A DNA stretch of 64,000 bases from Arenicellales bacterium (GTDB lineage: Bacteria; Pseudomonadota; Gammaproteobacteria; Arenicellales; JAJDZL01). Positions within the stretch are counted from its first letter, which is position 1, and the number at the start of each line of letters is the position of its first letter. Shown here piece after piece: positions 17,946 through 28,404 of this stretch. Below the pieces are notes generated by a model. The model was given only the letters and a program-made list of their open reading frames with translations. It had not been told where the DNA came from and ran no database searches. Both the position numbers and the translations under genes were made by a program. Where the stretch lies: assembly GCA_965200645.1 (NCBI GenBank), contig CBDAUN010000002.1, forward strand, positions 309,871 through 373,870, read 5' to 3'.

Positions 17946-18224
17946 GTGCTGAGGACCGTGACTATAGTCGCCATTGTCGCTTTTTTAGTTACTGCCGTCA
18001 GTGTCGTCTGGGTTCGTCACGAAATTCGAGCGACCTATGCAGAACTGCATTCTAAATATCAGGTAAGAGACGAACTCAACCGAGAGTGGCGCCGCCTGTT
18101 GGTTGAACAGGCGGCTTTTTCCGCGCAAATTCATTTGCGCAACTGGGCAGAGTCGAACCTCGAAATGCACTATCCGACAGCAATTCACTTGCTTTTACCG
18201 GCTACTGACAAATCTAACTCATAA
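17946..18224 (+). CDS. ftsL: cell division protein FtsL
   Basis: 92 aa with a GTG start 2 nt after the rsmH stop. It has a single TM helix followed by a coiled-coil region and sits between rsmH and ftsI. Confidence 0.8.
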   Translation: MLRTVTIVAIVAFLVTAVSVVWVRHEIRATYAELHSKYQVRDELNREWRRLLVEQAAFSAQIHLRNWAESNLEMHYPTAIHLLLPATDKSNS

Positions 18225-18239
18225 AAAATCGGGCCGGAA

Positions 18240-19916
18240 ATGTTACTTCCTAAGTTCACTAAGCAATCAGTCGTTTTCCTTGTGTTGATGACAGTGTTTA
18301 CCCTTTTGGTCAGTCGAGCAGCCTACATTCAGCTGGTTGTTTCGGAGGAACTTCAGGACAAAGGCAATGCAAGATTTGCTAGAAATCAAACGATACCCGC
18401 GAATCGAGGCATGATTCGAGACCGAAACGGTGAGATTCTAGCCATTAGCACACCAGAAGATTCAATTTTAGGCGTGCCGGAAATTCTCAGTGAGAATCTT
18501 GATGAATTAGCACCGTTGGCTAAAGAGTTGGGGTTGCCGTTAAGTGAATTAAATAAAAACGTTCACCGTTGGATGGACGAGAACAAACGCGGCGTTCTTC
18601 TCAAGCGTCAACTTACACCAGATCAAGTGGCAAAAGTGATGGCTCTGGAAGTGCCCGGAGTCTCCCGAGTACGAGAGTATCGTCGCTTTTACACCAACGC
18701 AAATACAACGAGCAGCCTGCTGGGAATTACCAGCATCGACGACAAAGGTTTAGAAGGAATTGAACTGGCCTTTAATGATAAGTTGGAAGGTCAGTCCGGC
18801 CTGAATCGAGTCATCAATGATAGTCGCGGACGAACAGTTGAATCAGTTGCTCGAATCAGAAGTGTTGAGGACGGCGAAGATGTTGACCTAAGCATTGATA
18901 TTCGAATTCAGCAAATTCTCTACAACCGACTGGCTCAGGCCATTCAGGAAAGCAAAGCATCATTCGCAACAGGTGCGGTAATTGATCCGAAGACCGGGGA
19001 AATTCTAGCAATAGCGACTGCACCTAGTTCCAATCCAAACTTACGCGATAACCGAAAGGTTACTCGTAACAAAGCAGTAACCGATGTCTTCGAACCCGGA
19101 TCTGTGATTAAACCGTTCACAATCGCCAAGGCAATTCAGGTTGGTCTGGTAGAGCCCGAAACCATGATTGATACCAGGCCCGGTCACATCAAAGTTGATG
19201 GTTATATAGTGAAAGACATTCGCAATTTCGAAACCCTCTCGGTGGCGGATGTGGTTATGCGAAGCAGCAATGTGGCTTTGGTCAAGATTGGACTTCAGTT
19301 AGATCCGGATGAATTGGTCGGTTTCTACAAGAAGCTAGGTTTTGGTCGGGTGACTCAAAATGTAATGCCGGGAGAGGAAACTGGACTGTTCCCCGTACGC
19401 ACGGAATGGAAGGAGTCCCAGCACGCAACACTTTCATACGGTTATGGATTTGCAGTGACGCCTTTACAGGTGGTAAGGGCCTATGGAGTTTTTGCAAATC
19501 AAGGCAAACTGATGCCACTAACCATTCTAAAGAATGGAAATGCTAACGAGCAAGGCGAGCAGGTCATTAATCCTGAACTTGCCCGCACCATAAGCGGGTT
19601 GCTTGAGCGTACAGTATTACCGACCGGTACTGCTAAACGTGCCAAGCTTCCTCTTTATAGAGTGGCGGGAAAATCAGGCACTATCCAAAAACTGATTAAT
19701 AAGAAATACAGCTCCGAACGCCACTTCGCGGTATTCGTTGGCTACGCACCTGCAACTAACCCTAGACTTGCCGCTGTGATTGTGGTTGACGATCCGAGAA
19801 CAGAAGTTCATTACGGCGGTGTTGTTGCTGCACCGGTATTTCGAGATGTCATGAGTGAGTCGCTTCGTTTGCTTAATGAACCTTATGATGATCTGCAAAA
19901 GTTGGCAATGAATTAG
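18240..19916 (+). CDS. ftsI: peptidoglycan D,D-transpeptidase FtsI (PBP3)
   Basis: 558 aa with an N-terminal TM anchor, RG.I.DRNG, and transpeptidase motifs (SVIKP = SxxK, SSN, KSGT). Confidence 0.93.
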   Translation: MLLPKFTKQSVVFLVLMTVFTLLVSRAAYIQLVVSEELQDKGNARFARNQTIPANRGMIRDRNGEILAISTPEDSILGVPEILSENLDELAPLAKELGLPLSELNKNVHRWMDENKRGVLLKRQLTPDQVAKVMALEVPGVSRVREYRRFYTNANTTSSLLGITSIDDKGLEGIELAFNDKLEGQSGLNRVINDSRGRTVESVARIRSVEDGEDVDLSIDIRIQQILYNRLAQAIQESKASFATGAVIDPKTGEILAIATAPSSNPNLRDNRKVTRNKAVTDVFEPGSVIKPFTIAKAIQVGLVEPETMIDTRPGHIKVDGYIVKDIRNFETLSVADVVMRSSNVALVKIGLQLDPDELVGFYKKLGFGRVTQNVMPGEETGLFPVRTEWKESQHATLSYGYGFAVTPLQVVRAYGVFANQGKLMPLTILKNGNANEQGEQVINPELARTISGLLERTVLPTGTAKRAKLPLYRVAGKSGTIQKLINKKYSSERHFAVFVGYAPATNPRLAAVIVVDDPRTEVHYGGVVAAPVFRDVMSESLRLLNEPYDDLQKLAMN

Positions 19917-19933
19917 TAGTTTCAGGATAAAAA

Positions 19934-21424
19934 ATGCAGTTGCACGCACAACAAAAGTGTCAACCGAAAAATCTTGCTGAATTGCTAACAGATTTTGCAG
20001 ACACTGATATTCGATCCGATGCCATAGTAAGCAACCTATGTCTTGACAGCAGGGAAGTAGGGCAGGGGAGTGCTTTTTTTGCAATCCCAGGTAGTTCTTC
20101 AGACGGTCGTGAATTCATCAATAATGCCATTCGAGAAGGTGCATGCGCAGTTCTGTATGAATCCAACGGATGGGACAGAACTTACCATGACGCAAACGTC
20201 CCTCATATCGGCATTCGAAATTTGAAGCACAAAATTGGTCGTATCGCTGATAGATTTTTTGAATATCCCTCAAAACATCTTCACGTTGTCGGGATCACCG
20301 GCACAAATGGGAAAACCACCTGCGCATTACTCTGCGCCAGTGCACTTGAGCAGCTAGGAACAGTAAGTGGAACAATCGGCACTCTCGGAGTTGGTTACCC
20401 AGGCAAATTAAACCGTGCAACCCTGACTACTCCCGATGCCATCGCACTGCAGAAAGGGTTGTCGGAGTTTGTTCAATCAGGAGCACGATACTCATTTCTT
20501 GAAGTGTCTTCTCATGCTTTGGACCAAGGCAGGCCGCAGGGTGTTCGCTTCGATACTGCAGTGTTCACGAATATTGCCCATGATCATTTGGACTACCACA
20601 AGAATTTGGAACACTACAGGCAAAGCAAGTCCAAACTGTTTACGGATTACCACTGCGAGTCGGCAGTACTAAATGTAGACGACGAGTACGGAAAGATCTT
20701 GCTTGAAACGTCATGTGCTTGCAGCAAAATAACTTACGGTTTTAGCCCAAGCGATGTTCAAATTCTGAACGTAAACACCCAGCCACATGGTCTCGAAGTC
20801 GACTTGAATGTGTTCGGTGAAGAAATCAAAGTCCAAAATCACTTGATTGGTCGTTTGAATGCAATCAATGTCGCTGCGGTTGCAGCTGTTCTATACGTAC
20901 TCGACATTGATACTTCCGAAATTCAGCGGTCGATTTCGGGGTTGAGGTCAGTTTTGGGAAGATTGGAACGCATAAGTTCCGGACATAGAGAAGGGCCACA
21001 AGTCTTTGTAGATTTTGCACATACCGAAGCTGCACTCGAACATGCACTTGCGAGTCTGCGTGAGTTTACCAAAGGAAAGCTTTGGTGCGTTTTCGGTTGT
21101 GGTGGTAGCCGCGACATGCAAAAGCGTCCCAGAATGGGAGCAGTTGTCGATCGAAACGCAGACCAAATCGTCATCACAGATGACAACCCACGCAAGGAAG
21201 ACCCTCAGGTAATCGTGCAGCAGATTCTTGAAGGTGTCAACAACAAGCCGGTGGTTATTCATGATCGTGCGACGGCGATCGAATACGCAATTGCAAATGC
21301 GGCGGTTAACGACACGGTTTTAATTGCCGGCAAAGGGCATGAAACCACACAAACCTACAGCGATAGAGTCGTGCCCTTTGATGATCGTGCAGTGGTAAGT
21401 CAGGTTTTAGAGGCTATTGCATGA
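19934..21424 (+). CDS. murE: UDP-N-acetylmuramoyl-L-alanyl-D-glutamate--2,6-diaminopimelate ligase
   Basis: 496 aa. It has the Mur ligase P-loop GITGTNGKTT and a DNPR motif (ITDDNPRKEDP) that indicates meso-DAP specificity. Confidence 0.93.
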   Translation: MQLHAQQKCQPKNLAELLTDFADTDIRSDAIVSNLCLDSREVGQGSAFFAIPGSSSDGREFINNAIREGACAVLYESNGWDRTYHDANVPHIGIRNLKHKIGRIADRFFEYPSKHLHVVGITGTNGKTTCALLCASALEQLGTVSGTIGTLGVGYPGKLNRATLTTPDAIALQKGLSEFVQSGARYSFLEVSSHALDQGRPQGVRFDTAVFTNIAHDHLDYHKNLEHYRQSKSKLFTDYHCESAVLNVDDEYGKILLETSCACSKITYGFSPSDVQILNVNTQPHGLEVDLNVFGEEIKVQNHLIGRLNAINVAAVAAVLYVLDIDTSEIQRSISGLRSVLGRLERISSGHREGPQVFVDFAHTEAALEHALASLREFTKGKLWCVFGCGGSRDMQKRPRMGAVVDRNADQIVITDDNPRKEDPQVIVQQILEGVNNKPVVIHDRATAIEYAIANAAVNDTVLIAGKGHETTQTYSDRVVPFDDRAVVSQVLEAIA

Positions 21425-22773
21425 TGAGACTTAGCTTTGTCGAACAATCTGTAGCCGGACATCTGATTGGGAGTGACGCTGCTGTTGCAAGCGTCGCAAC
21501 CGACTCTAGAAAAATTTCCGGTGGGGAATTGTTCGTAGCATTGCGAGGTGAACAGTTCGATGGGCACAAGTTCGTATCAGAAGCCGTACGAAAAGGTGCT
21601 GCTGCTGCATTGGTAGACACTGAAGCCCAAGATGGCATTCCGCAGGTTGTGGTCGATGACACCGAACAATCACTCGGAATGCTCGCTGCAACTTGGCGCA
21701 CCAACTTCGATTTACCCATAGTTGCGGTAACCGGATCGAGCGGAAAAACTACCGTAAAAAATATGGTTGGGATGATTCTGACTGAGCAGGGCAAGACTCT
21801 GGTCGCACAGGGAAGTTTTAACAATTCAATCGGATTGCCAATGACGTTGCTCCAACTGCGCGACTTCCACGAGTACGCTGTGGTTGAGATTGGCATGAAT
21901 CATGTAGGCGAGATTGCTCCGCTGAGCAAAATTTGTGCACCAACCGTGGCTGTGATTACCAACGCCGGTCCAGCACACTTATTGAACTTAGGGTCAATCG
22001 ATCAAGTGGCGATTGAAAAGTCCAGTATTGTCAGCGGCTTAAGTCAGAACGGAACCATGGTCCTTAACGCAGATGACCCACGAATCGATATATTTACCGA
22101 GGCGGCTTGCGGCTGCAAGATTGTTACTTTTGGATTCAATTCAGATTCCGATGTAAGCGCAGAATATGAAATTCTACCGTACGAATCTGAGGTAATTCTT
22201 AAAACGCCACTGGGCGATGTCGAATTTAGATTACCTATTCCCGGTAAGCACAACATTGCAAATGCAATGGCTGCGGCTGCGGCAACCATATCTACTGGAG
22301 CAACGCTTAACAACATTCACAAAGGATTGGAATCCGTCAGTTCGGTATCAGGTCGGTTGATGCTGAAATCGCACTTTGCAGGTGGTGCCTTACTGGATGA
22401 CACCTACAACGCTAATCCAAATTCTGTTGCTGCAGCACTTAATGTGCTCGCAAAGCTTGGCGGAGACCGCCGAGTTGTTTTAGGTGACATGCTTGAACTT
22501 GGCGAAGAGGCGGAAAATCTGCACCGACAAACAGGACAACTGGCACGTCAGTTAGGTATAGGTCGCTTATATACCTATGGAAATCTAAGCCGGCACATTT
22601 CTGATGCCTTTGGCTATGGCGCACACCACTATGGCAGTCACGAAGAAATTATAGAAGTGCTTAAACGGGACGCTAGCCAGGAAACAACAATATTAGTGAA
22701 AGGATCACGTGGAATGAAAATGGAAGATGTAGTTGCCGGACTGCAAGCCTTGAATGAGGAAAGCATATGCTGA
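21421..22773 (+). CDS. murF: UDP-N-acetylmuramoyl-tripeptide--D-alanyl-D-alanine ligase
   Basis: 450 aa with VTGSSGKTTVK and DDTYNANP. It overlaps murE by 4 nt (ATGA). Confidence 0.93.
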   Translation: MMRLSFVEQSVAGHLIGSDAAVASVATDSRKISGGELFVALRGEQFDGHKFVSEAVRKGAAAALVDTEAQDGIPQVVVDDTEQSLGMLAATWRTNFDLPIVAVTGSSGKTTVKNMVGMILTEQGKTLVAQGSFNNSIGLPMTLLQLRDFHEYAVVEIGMNHVGEIAPLSKICAPTVAVITNAGPAHLLNLGSIDQVAIEKSSIVSGLSQNGTMVLNADDPRIDIFTEAACGCKIVTFGFNSDSDVSAEYEILPYESEVILKTPLGDVEFRLPIPGKHNIANAMAAAAATISTGATLNNIHKGLESVSSVSGRLMLKSHFAGGALLDDTYNANPNSVAAALNVLAKLGGDRRVVLGDMLELGEEAENLHRQTGQLARQLGIGRLYTYGNLSRHISDAFGYGAHHYGSHEEIIEVLKRDASQETTILVKGSRGMKMEDVVAGLQALNEESIC

Positions 22774-23849
22774 CTGCGCTGTTTCTTTCCCTGGTCGATC
22801 AGTTCTCCTGGTTAAATGTTTTTTCTTACCTGACTTTTCGCGGAATGTGCAGCGTCATAACTGCATTAGTTTTGGGTGTAGTCTTAGGTCCCCGTTTGAT
22901 CAAATTACTGACTAAGCATCAGATTGGCCAGGTCATTCGTGAAGACGATGTTCCATTGCACATCAGCAAAGGTGGAACACCAACCATGGGCGGTTTGCTA
23001 ATCTTGTTATGTGTAACGGTGTCTACGCTGCTATGGGCAAACCTAGAGTCGCGTTTCGTATGGATCGCACTAGGAACTTTGTTTGCATTTGCCGCAATCG
23101 GTTTTGCGGATGACTACTTGAAGATTAAGCGAAAGCACAATCGGGGATTAACGGCTCGACAAAAGTTTTTACTTCAGTTTATGACTGGCTTTGCCGTTGC
23201 AGGGATTCTCTACGCGACTACGGCAGATCCTCAACAGAATTACTACATCGTGCCAGTCTTTAAGGACTTAGTTTTAGACTTCGGCATTTGGTTTATTCCA
23301 GTAACCGCTTTGGTGTTGGTCTCAGCTAGCAACGGTGTAAACCTCACAGACGGCTTGGACGGCTTGGCAACAATGCCAATCGTGATGATTGCCGCCGGTT
23401 TTGCAGTGTTCAGCTACGTGACTGGGCACTTTGAATTTTCAAATTACTTAGCAATTCCCTATATCGAAGGCACGGGCGAACTGGTTGTCTTCTGTTCGGG
23501 GCTAATCGGGGGTGGCTTGGCCTTTTTGTTCTACAACTGCCATCCTGCACAGATTTTCATGGGTGATGTTGGTGCACTCTCACTGGGTGCTGTGATCGGC
23601 GTAGTAGCTGTAATGGTTCGACAAGAGGTGGTGTTATTCATTATGTGCGGCATCTTCGTCATTGAAACGATGTCGGTGATACTGCAAGTTGCATCATTTA
23701 AGCTGTTTGGACGTCGAGTATGGCTCATGTCACCCATACATCATCACTTTGAACTTAAAGGCTGGCACGAGTCCAAAATTGTGGTCCGTTTCTGGATCTT
23801 AAGTCTGGTTTTTGTTATTGCTGGCCTCGCAACCTTAAAAATTAGGTGA
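22767..23849 (+). CDS. mraY: phospho-N-acetylmuramoyl-pentapeptide transferase
   Basis: 360 aa polytopic membrane protein with KGGTPTMGG, NGVNLTDGLDGLA and MGDVGALSLG. Confidence 0.95.
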   Translation: MLTALFLSLVDQFSWLNVFSYLTFRGMCSVITALVLGVVLGPRLIKLLTKHQIGQVIREDDVPLHISKGGTPTMGGLLILLCVTVSTLLWANLESRFVWIALGTLFAFAAIGFADDYLKIKRKHNRGLTARQKFLLQFMTGFAVAGILYATTADPQQNYYIVPVFKDLVLDFGIWFIPVTALVLVSASNGVNLTDGLDGLATMPIVMIAAGFAVFSYVTGHFEFSNYLAIPYIEGTGELVVFCSGLIGGGLAFLFYNCHPAQIFMGDVGALSLGAVIGVVAVMVRQEVVLFIMCGIFVIETMSVILQVASFKLFGRRVWLMSPIHHHFELKGWHESKIVVRFWILSLVFVIAGLATLKIR

Positions 23850-23877
23850 AGTTTACTTTAATTAACTTCGGGAGGAT

Positions 23878-25248
23878 TTGGAAATGGATGCAGCATATTC
23901 AGCACTGTATAGCGATTTTTTAGAGAAAAGCGCGGTTGTGGTAGGGCTAGATAAAACAGGCTTGAGTTGTGCTGTGCACCTCGTAGGCGAAGGCTACGAT
24001 GTAGAAATTGCCGATACGAGAATGTCACCGCCACTGGAGTCTGTTCTTTACGCAGAATTGCCCGGTGTAACTCTTCACAAGGGAGCCATCCAACCAAAGC
24101 TTTTCGTCAACGTTGACATGGTAGTGCTGACAGGCAACGCCATCAACAACAGGCAACTCGCAGACCTTGCGAAGCAGTACGGATGCGAAGTTGTCAGCAG
24201 TTTGGAACTGTTTGCTCGAAGCTGCAGTGTTCCTGTCGTGCTGATCGGTGGCGACAATGGTAAGTCGACCGTCGCAGATATGGTAAAGGAAGTCTTTGTT
24301 CGAACTTCTGGACGAGTTCGCATTGGTGGGTCTTGCAGTGCACCCGTATTAGACATGCTGATAGGCGGCAAGCCGGATGCCTATTTGATAGAGGTGTCTT
24401 CGATTGCAATGTTCGCCCAGACACGTTCGCTGGTATCCGAAGTTGCGACTTTACTTAACTTTGACCAAGACCAGAACAAAGTGATCACATCGGTACATCA
24501 TGACGCAGCAATGCGCAACGTGTTCAAGCTATCTAAAAATAGAGTCCTTAATCGAGATGATAACTATTCATTGACACTCGCGGCTGAGGGACAAAGCATA
24601 ACTTTTGGTTCCGATCAACCCTCAACTGAGCGAGACTTCGGAGTAGTTGAGGATGCTGCAGGACGTTGGTTTGCTCGCGGCAGTGAACGTATTGAAAAAG
24701 TTGAAAAATTTGAGTTGGCTGGCCCGCATAATGAACTCAATATACTGGCAGCCTTTGCAATTCTTGAATCATTGGGTAAACCGGTCAATGTTTCAGTTCC
24801 AATCATTCGAAAATTTCGTGGACTACCCTACTGCTGTACTGACATTGGTGCATTTGAAGATGGCGTCCGATGGATTAACGATTCAAAATCCACAAACTTG
24901 AATGCCGCCATTGCAGCTGTTCAGTCCTGTGGTGAAAATGTTGTTTTAATTGCGGGTGGTGTCAGCGAAGGTGCTGACTTTTCGAAGCTCACAGGTGCGG
25001 TCAACGGGAGTCTTAGAGGTTGTGTGCTGTTTGGTCGGGATGGCAAACGCATCGGCAATACCATTAAGAATCAGACTAAGATTAAATTCGTCGAAAATAT
25101 CTACGAAGCGGTCAGTGTGGCGGCGAACATGGCTAAACGAGGTGATGACATCGTGTTCAGTCCAGGTTGTGCACCATTCGATATGTTCATCGATCAAATT
25201 TATCGTGGACAAGCATTCAAGCAGGCGGTTGATTTGCATTACTCATGA
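23878..25248 (+). CDS. murD: UDP-N-acetylmuramoylalanine--D-glutamate ligase
   Basis: 456 aa with the Mur ligase fold (GGDNGKSTV, NDSKSTN). The ORF-track start is TTG at 23878, and an in-frame ATG at 23884 is an alternative. Confidence 0.9.
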   Translation: MEMDAAYSALYSDFLEKSAVVVGLDKTGLSCAVHLVGEGYDVEIADTRMSPPLESVLYAELPGVTLHKGAIQPKLFVNVDMVVLTGNAINNRQLADLAKQYGCEVVSSLELFARSCSVPVVLIGGDNGKSTVADMVKEVFVRTSGRVRIGGSCSAPVLDMLIGGKPDAYLIEVSSIAMFAQTRSLVSEVATLLNFDQDQNKVITSVHHDAAMRNVFKLSKNRVLNRDDNYSLTLAAEGQSITFGSDQPSTERDFGVVEDAAGRWFARGSERIEKVEKFELAGPHNELNILAAFAILESLGKPVNVSVPIIRKFRGLPYCCTDIGAFEDGVRWINDSKSTNLNAAIAAVQSCGENVVLIAGGVSEGADFSKLTGAVNGSLRGCVLFGRDGKRIGNTIKNQTKIKFVENIYEAVSVAANMAKRGDDIVFSPGCAPFDMFIDQIYRGQAFKQAVDLHYS

Positions 25249-26399
25249 GCGTAAGTCAGGCTGTCAATCAAACGAGAACGAAACCAAGCAACGGCTCCTT
25301 TTTGGACCCGTTGTTGCTGGTCGTTTATCTATGTCTCGTTGGTATTGGAATCATCGCAATTTACTCTGCGACGATTGCAATGGCCTATGAACAGTCTGAT
25401 GCTTTTTTATATCTGCGCAAACTAGTTATGCATACTACTTTAGCAGTGGCTGCATTATTGACAATGTCGATAATCCCTATAAGTTTCCTCAAAAGAAGTG
25501 CAGTCACTGCTTTTTTGATTTCAGTCGTCTTGTTGATTGCTGTTCTGATTCCGACAATCGGAATCGAAATCAACGGTAGTCATCGCTGGATCAGGCTGGG
25601 GGGACTGCTGTTTCAGCCTTCAGAAATTGCAGAACTGGGGTTGATCATTTCAATCGCATGGTTCCTGACAAAACAGAAAATTGATATCAACGACTGGAAG
25701 ATCGCTGTTGCTCCAATCGTAGTCATGCTGGGAACTGTAGCTTTTTTGTTGTTGCTGGAACCGGATTACGGAAGCGTTATCGTGGTGGGGACAACGGTTT
25801 TCACAATGATGTTTCTCAACGGTATTCGCGGTAGGCACTTGTTTGTTTTATCGGTGGTCGGCTTGATTGGCCTGATTGGCCTTATTCTGGTCGAACCCTA
25901 CCGCATGCTTCGCTTAACAACCTTTTTGAATCCCTGGGCAGACCCATGGGGCAGTGGGTTTCAACTCAGCCAATCATTGATTGCATTTGGTCGTGGAGAA
26001 CTGCTTGGAACTGGGTTGGGAACGAGCGTGCAAAAGCTGTTCTATCTTCCCTATGCAGGAAGCGATTTTCTGTTTGCAATTATCGGAGAAGAGTTTGGAT
26101 TTGTCGGCACTGCAACTGTGATTGTGTTGTTCGCGATTCTGGTCGGAAGAATTCTTCATGTTGCTACAGTAGCGCAGGAAACGGGCGATCAGTTTGCCAG
26201 TGCCATGGCACAGGGAATCGCAGTACTAATTGCTATAGGGGCCATCATCAATATGGGAGTCAACATGGGAGTTCTGCCAACAAAGGGCTTGACATTACCA
26301 TTCATGAGCATAGGTGGAACCAGTCTCATCGTTTACTCAGCTGCCATAGGTATTGTTCTATCTATACAACGAGAAGCAAGAAGACGAGGTCAAAATTGA
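25245..26399 (+). CDS. ftsW: peptidoglycan glycosyltransferase FtsW (SEDS family)
   Basis: 384 aa with about 10 TM helices and SEDS motifs (LEPDYGS, LPYAGSDFLFAIIGEEFG, LPTKGLTLPFMSIGGTS). Confidence 0.93.
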   Translation: MSVSQAVNQTRTKPSNGSFLDPLLLVVYLCLVGIGIIAIYSATIAMAYEQSDAFLYLRKLVMHTTLAVAALLTMSIIPISFLKRSAVTAFLISVVLLIAVLIPTIGIEINGSHRWIRLGGLLFQPSEIAELGLIISIAWFLTKQKIDINDWKIAVAPIVVMLGTVAFLLLLEPDYGSVIVVGTTVFTMMFLNGIRGRHLFVLSVVGLIGLIGLILVEPYRMLRLTTFLNPWADPWGSGFQLSQSLIAFGRGELLGTGLGTSVQKLFYLPYAGSDFLFAIIGEEFGFVGTATVIVLFAILVGRILHVATVAQETGDQFASAMAQGIAVLIAIGAIINMGVNMGVLPTKGLTLPFMSIGGTSLIVYSAAIGIVLSIQREARRRGQN

Positions 26400-26404
26400 A
26401 TTCG

Positions 26405-27472
26405 ATGATCATCATGGCGGGTGGGACCGGAGGACACGTCTATGTGGCACTCGCAGTTGCGAACGCGCTCAGACAAAAGGGGGTGTCCGTAATTTGGCTT
26501 GGAGTTAAGGGCGGTTTCGAAGATCAACTGGCGCAGAAAAATGGATTTGAATTCGATTCAATTTCAATGCGAAAAGTCTGGGGAATCAGTACTCTTCGCT
26601 GGTTGACTGCTCCAATTTGGACAATGATTTCAATGTTCCAGTCAATAGTAATCATTCTGCGGCGACGTCCGGATGCGATGCTTGGGGTTGGCGGATACGT
26701 AAGTGCACCGGCAGGACTGGCATGCTGGATGATGAGACGCCCACTACTCATTCACGAGTCGAATGCCATTCCTGGTTTGGCAAATCGAATACTTGCTGCT
26801 CTTTCGAGTTATGTGCTGGTTGGATTTCCGGAAACCGAATTGAAGGGCAAGCCGATATTCGTCGGTAATCCTGTTAGAAAGGAAATAATCGAAGCCGCCA
26901 GCGACCGTTCAGAGTTCAACCCGGACCGTGAAGATCAACTGCGGTTGTTGATTATTGGCGGTAGTCAGGGTGCCAGAGCCTTAAATCAAAATGTCCCCAA
27001 AGCAGTTGCTCGGCTGGAGCAGAAGATTAGACCAAAGGTGATGCACCAAACCGGTCGAGGTCAGCGCGCAACCGCTGCAACTGCATACAGTGAAAGTGGC
27101 GTAGAAGCAAATCTTGTTGAATACATTGAAGACATGGCGGAAGCCTACTGCTGGGCAGACATCGTAATATCCCGTGCAGGAGCCATGTCGGTAGCGGAAC
27201 TGGCCGCGATGGGTATGCCATCAATTTTAGTGCCCTATCCCTACGCGGCAAAGGATCATCAGCGATTCAACGCAGAATACTTTGAAACTAGGAATTGTGC
27301 GTATCTGGTTGATGAACGTGACCCGTTTCCGACAAGGCTGGAAGAAAAGCTTCGAAGTTTTATAGAAAATCGTCAATTAATCAATACTATGTCTAAAAAA
27401 ATCAAGCAGTTAGCTACGATTAATGCCACCGATATGATCGTAGAGCACTGCATGGAAGCAATCAAGTCTTGA
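26405..27472 (+). CDS. murG: UDP-N-acetylglucosamine--N-acetylmuramyl-(pentapeptide) pyrophosphoryl-undecaprenol GlcNAc transferase
   Basis: The true start is the ATG at 26405 (MIIMAGGTGGHVYVALAV...), 5 nt after the ftsW stop. The 25946 start in the ORF track is an out-of-context upstream extension that overlaps ftsW. Confidence 0.93.
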   Translation: MIIMAGGTGGHVYVALAVANALRQKGVSVIWLGVKGGFEDQLAQKNGFEFDSISMRKVWGISTLRWLTAPIWTMISMFQSIVIILRRRPDAMLGVGGYVSAPAGLACWMMRRPLLIHESNAIPGLANRILAALSSYVLVGFPETELKGKPIFVGNPVRKEIIEAASDRSEFNPDREDQLRLLIIGGSQGARALNQNVPKAVARLEQKIRPKVMHQTGRGQRATAATAYSESGVEANLVEYIEDMAEAYCWADIVISRAGAMSVAELAAMGMPSILVPYPYAAKDHQRFNAEYFETRNCAYLVDERDPFPTRLEEKLRSFIENRQLINTMSKKIKQLATINATDMIVEHCMEAIKS

Positions 27473-28404
27473 GTAAAGATGAGGTGCAAAATCAAGTGAA
27501 TTTTTCCACAACTGGTTTGAAAGGCAGACTTCTTATTGACGAACCAATGAGCAGGCATACCAGTTGGCGGGCAGGTGGTCCGGCCAAGTGGTTTTACACG
27601 CCTGCTGGTCTCGATGATTTGGGCGAATTCTTAAAACGAATACCTCAGGAACTACCCATTGCCTGGTGCGGTCTAGGCAGCAACTTGCTGGTGCGGGATG
27701 GTGGGTTCAAGGGAGCGATAGTCAGTACCTTGAAGGGGCTCAGCAAACTGCAGTTGGCCGGTAAAACCGGTGTGTATGCACAAGCCGGAGTTCCCGGTGC
27801 AAAGGTAGCACGCTATGCGGCGGAAAGTTCGCTATGTGGCGCTGAATTCCTCGCTGGGATTCCCGGAACTGTAGGCGGTGCGCTGGCAATGAATGCGGGC
27901 TGTTTCGGCAGTGAAACCTGGGATATTGTCAGTTACGTCGACACCATTGACCGTAGCACTACACAAGTTCGCCAAACTGCTCTTGAAGTTGAATATGGAT
28001 ATCGGTATGTCAAAAAGTCTAAAGATGTTTGGTACACAGGTGCACGATTTGAACTAACGCCCTGCGATTCCACAACCGGTAAAAAATCAATTAAAAAATT
28101 GCTCAAAGAAAGAACGCGGACACAGCCAATTCAAACGGCTAATGCAGGCTCAGTTTTTCGTAATCCACCCAATGACTATGCCGCTCGTCTTGTCGAGTCC
28201 GTGGGCCTGAAGAATTACAAGATTGGGAATGCTCGAATCTCGCCAAAGCACGCAAACTTTATCGAAAACCGCAACAAAGCAACCGCCAAGGAAATCGAAG
28301 ACTTGATCGACTTAACCATCAAACGGGTTAAAGCAACGCATGGCGTTCAACTTATTCCAGAAGTCAAGATCATTGGCACACCTTTAACGGCTAGCGTGGT
28401 TTGA
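27469..28404 (+). CDS. murB: UDP-N-acetylenolpyruvoylglucosamine reductase
   Basis: 311 aa with MSRHTSWRAGGPA, GLGSNLLVRD, GIPGTVGGALAMNAG and GSVFRNP. It has a TTG start that overlaps the murG stop by 4 nt. Confidence 0.9.
   Translation: MSKDEVQNQVNFSTTGLKGRLLIDEPMSRHTSWRAGGPAKWFYTPAGLDDLGEFLKRIPQELPIAWCGLGSNLLVRDGGFKGAIVSTLKGLSKLQLAGKTGVYAQAGVPGAKVARYAAESSLCGAEFLAGIPGTVGGALAMNAGCFGSETWDIVSYVDTIDRSTTQVRQTALEVEYGYRYVKKSKDVWYTGARFELTPCDSTTGKKSIKKLLKERTRTQPIQTANAGSVFRNPPNDYAARLVESVGLKNYKIGNARISPKHANFIENRNKATAKEIEDLIDLTIKRVKATHGVQLIPEVKIIGTPLTASVV

Noticed and set aside
21414-21896. Long antisense ORFs inside well-supported genes: 160 aa antisense to murF, 182 aa (28347-28895) antisense to murB/ftsQ, 197 aa (51985-52578) antisense to coxL, and 168 aa (6471-6977) antisense to the M48 protease.
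   Set aside because: Each lies fully within a gene with strong family motifs. Their translations are compositionally odd (Ser/Arg/Cys/Pro-rich) with no recognisable motifs. These are typical shadow ORFs.
25946-26404. A 508-aa ORF-track entry that extends murG about 460 nt upstream, overlapping the 3' third of ftsW in another frame (a Cys/Arg-rich translation).
   Set aside because: The canonical MurG N-terminus (MIIMAGGTGGH) starts at ATG 26405, 5 nt after the ftsW stop. The upstream extension has low-complexity, non-protein-like composition and lies inside a well-supported ftsW. It is a chance open frame, not an overlapping gene.
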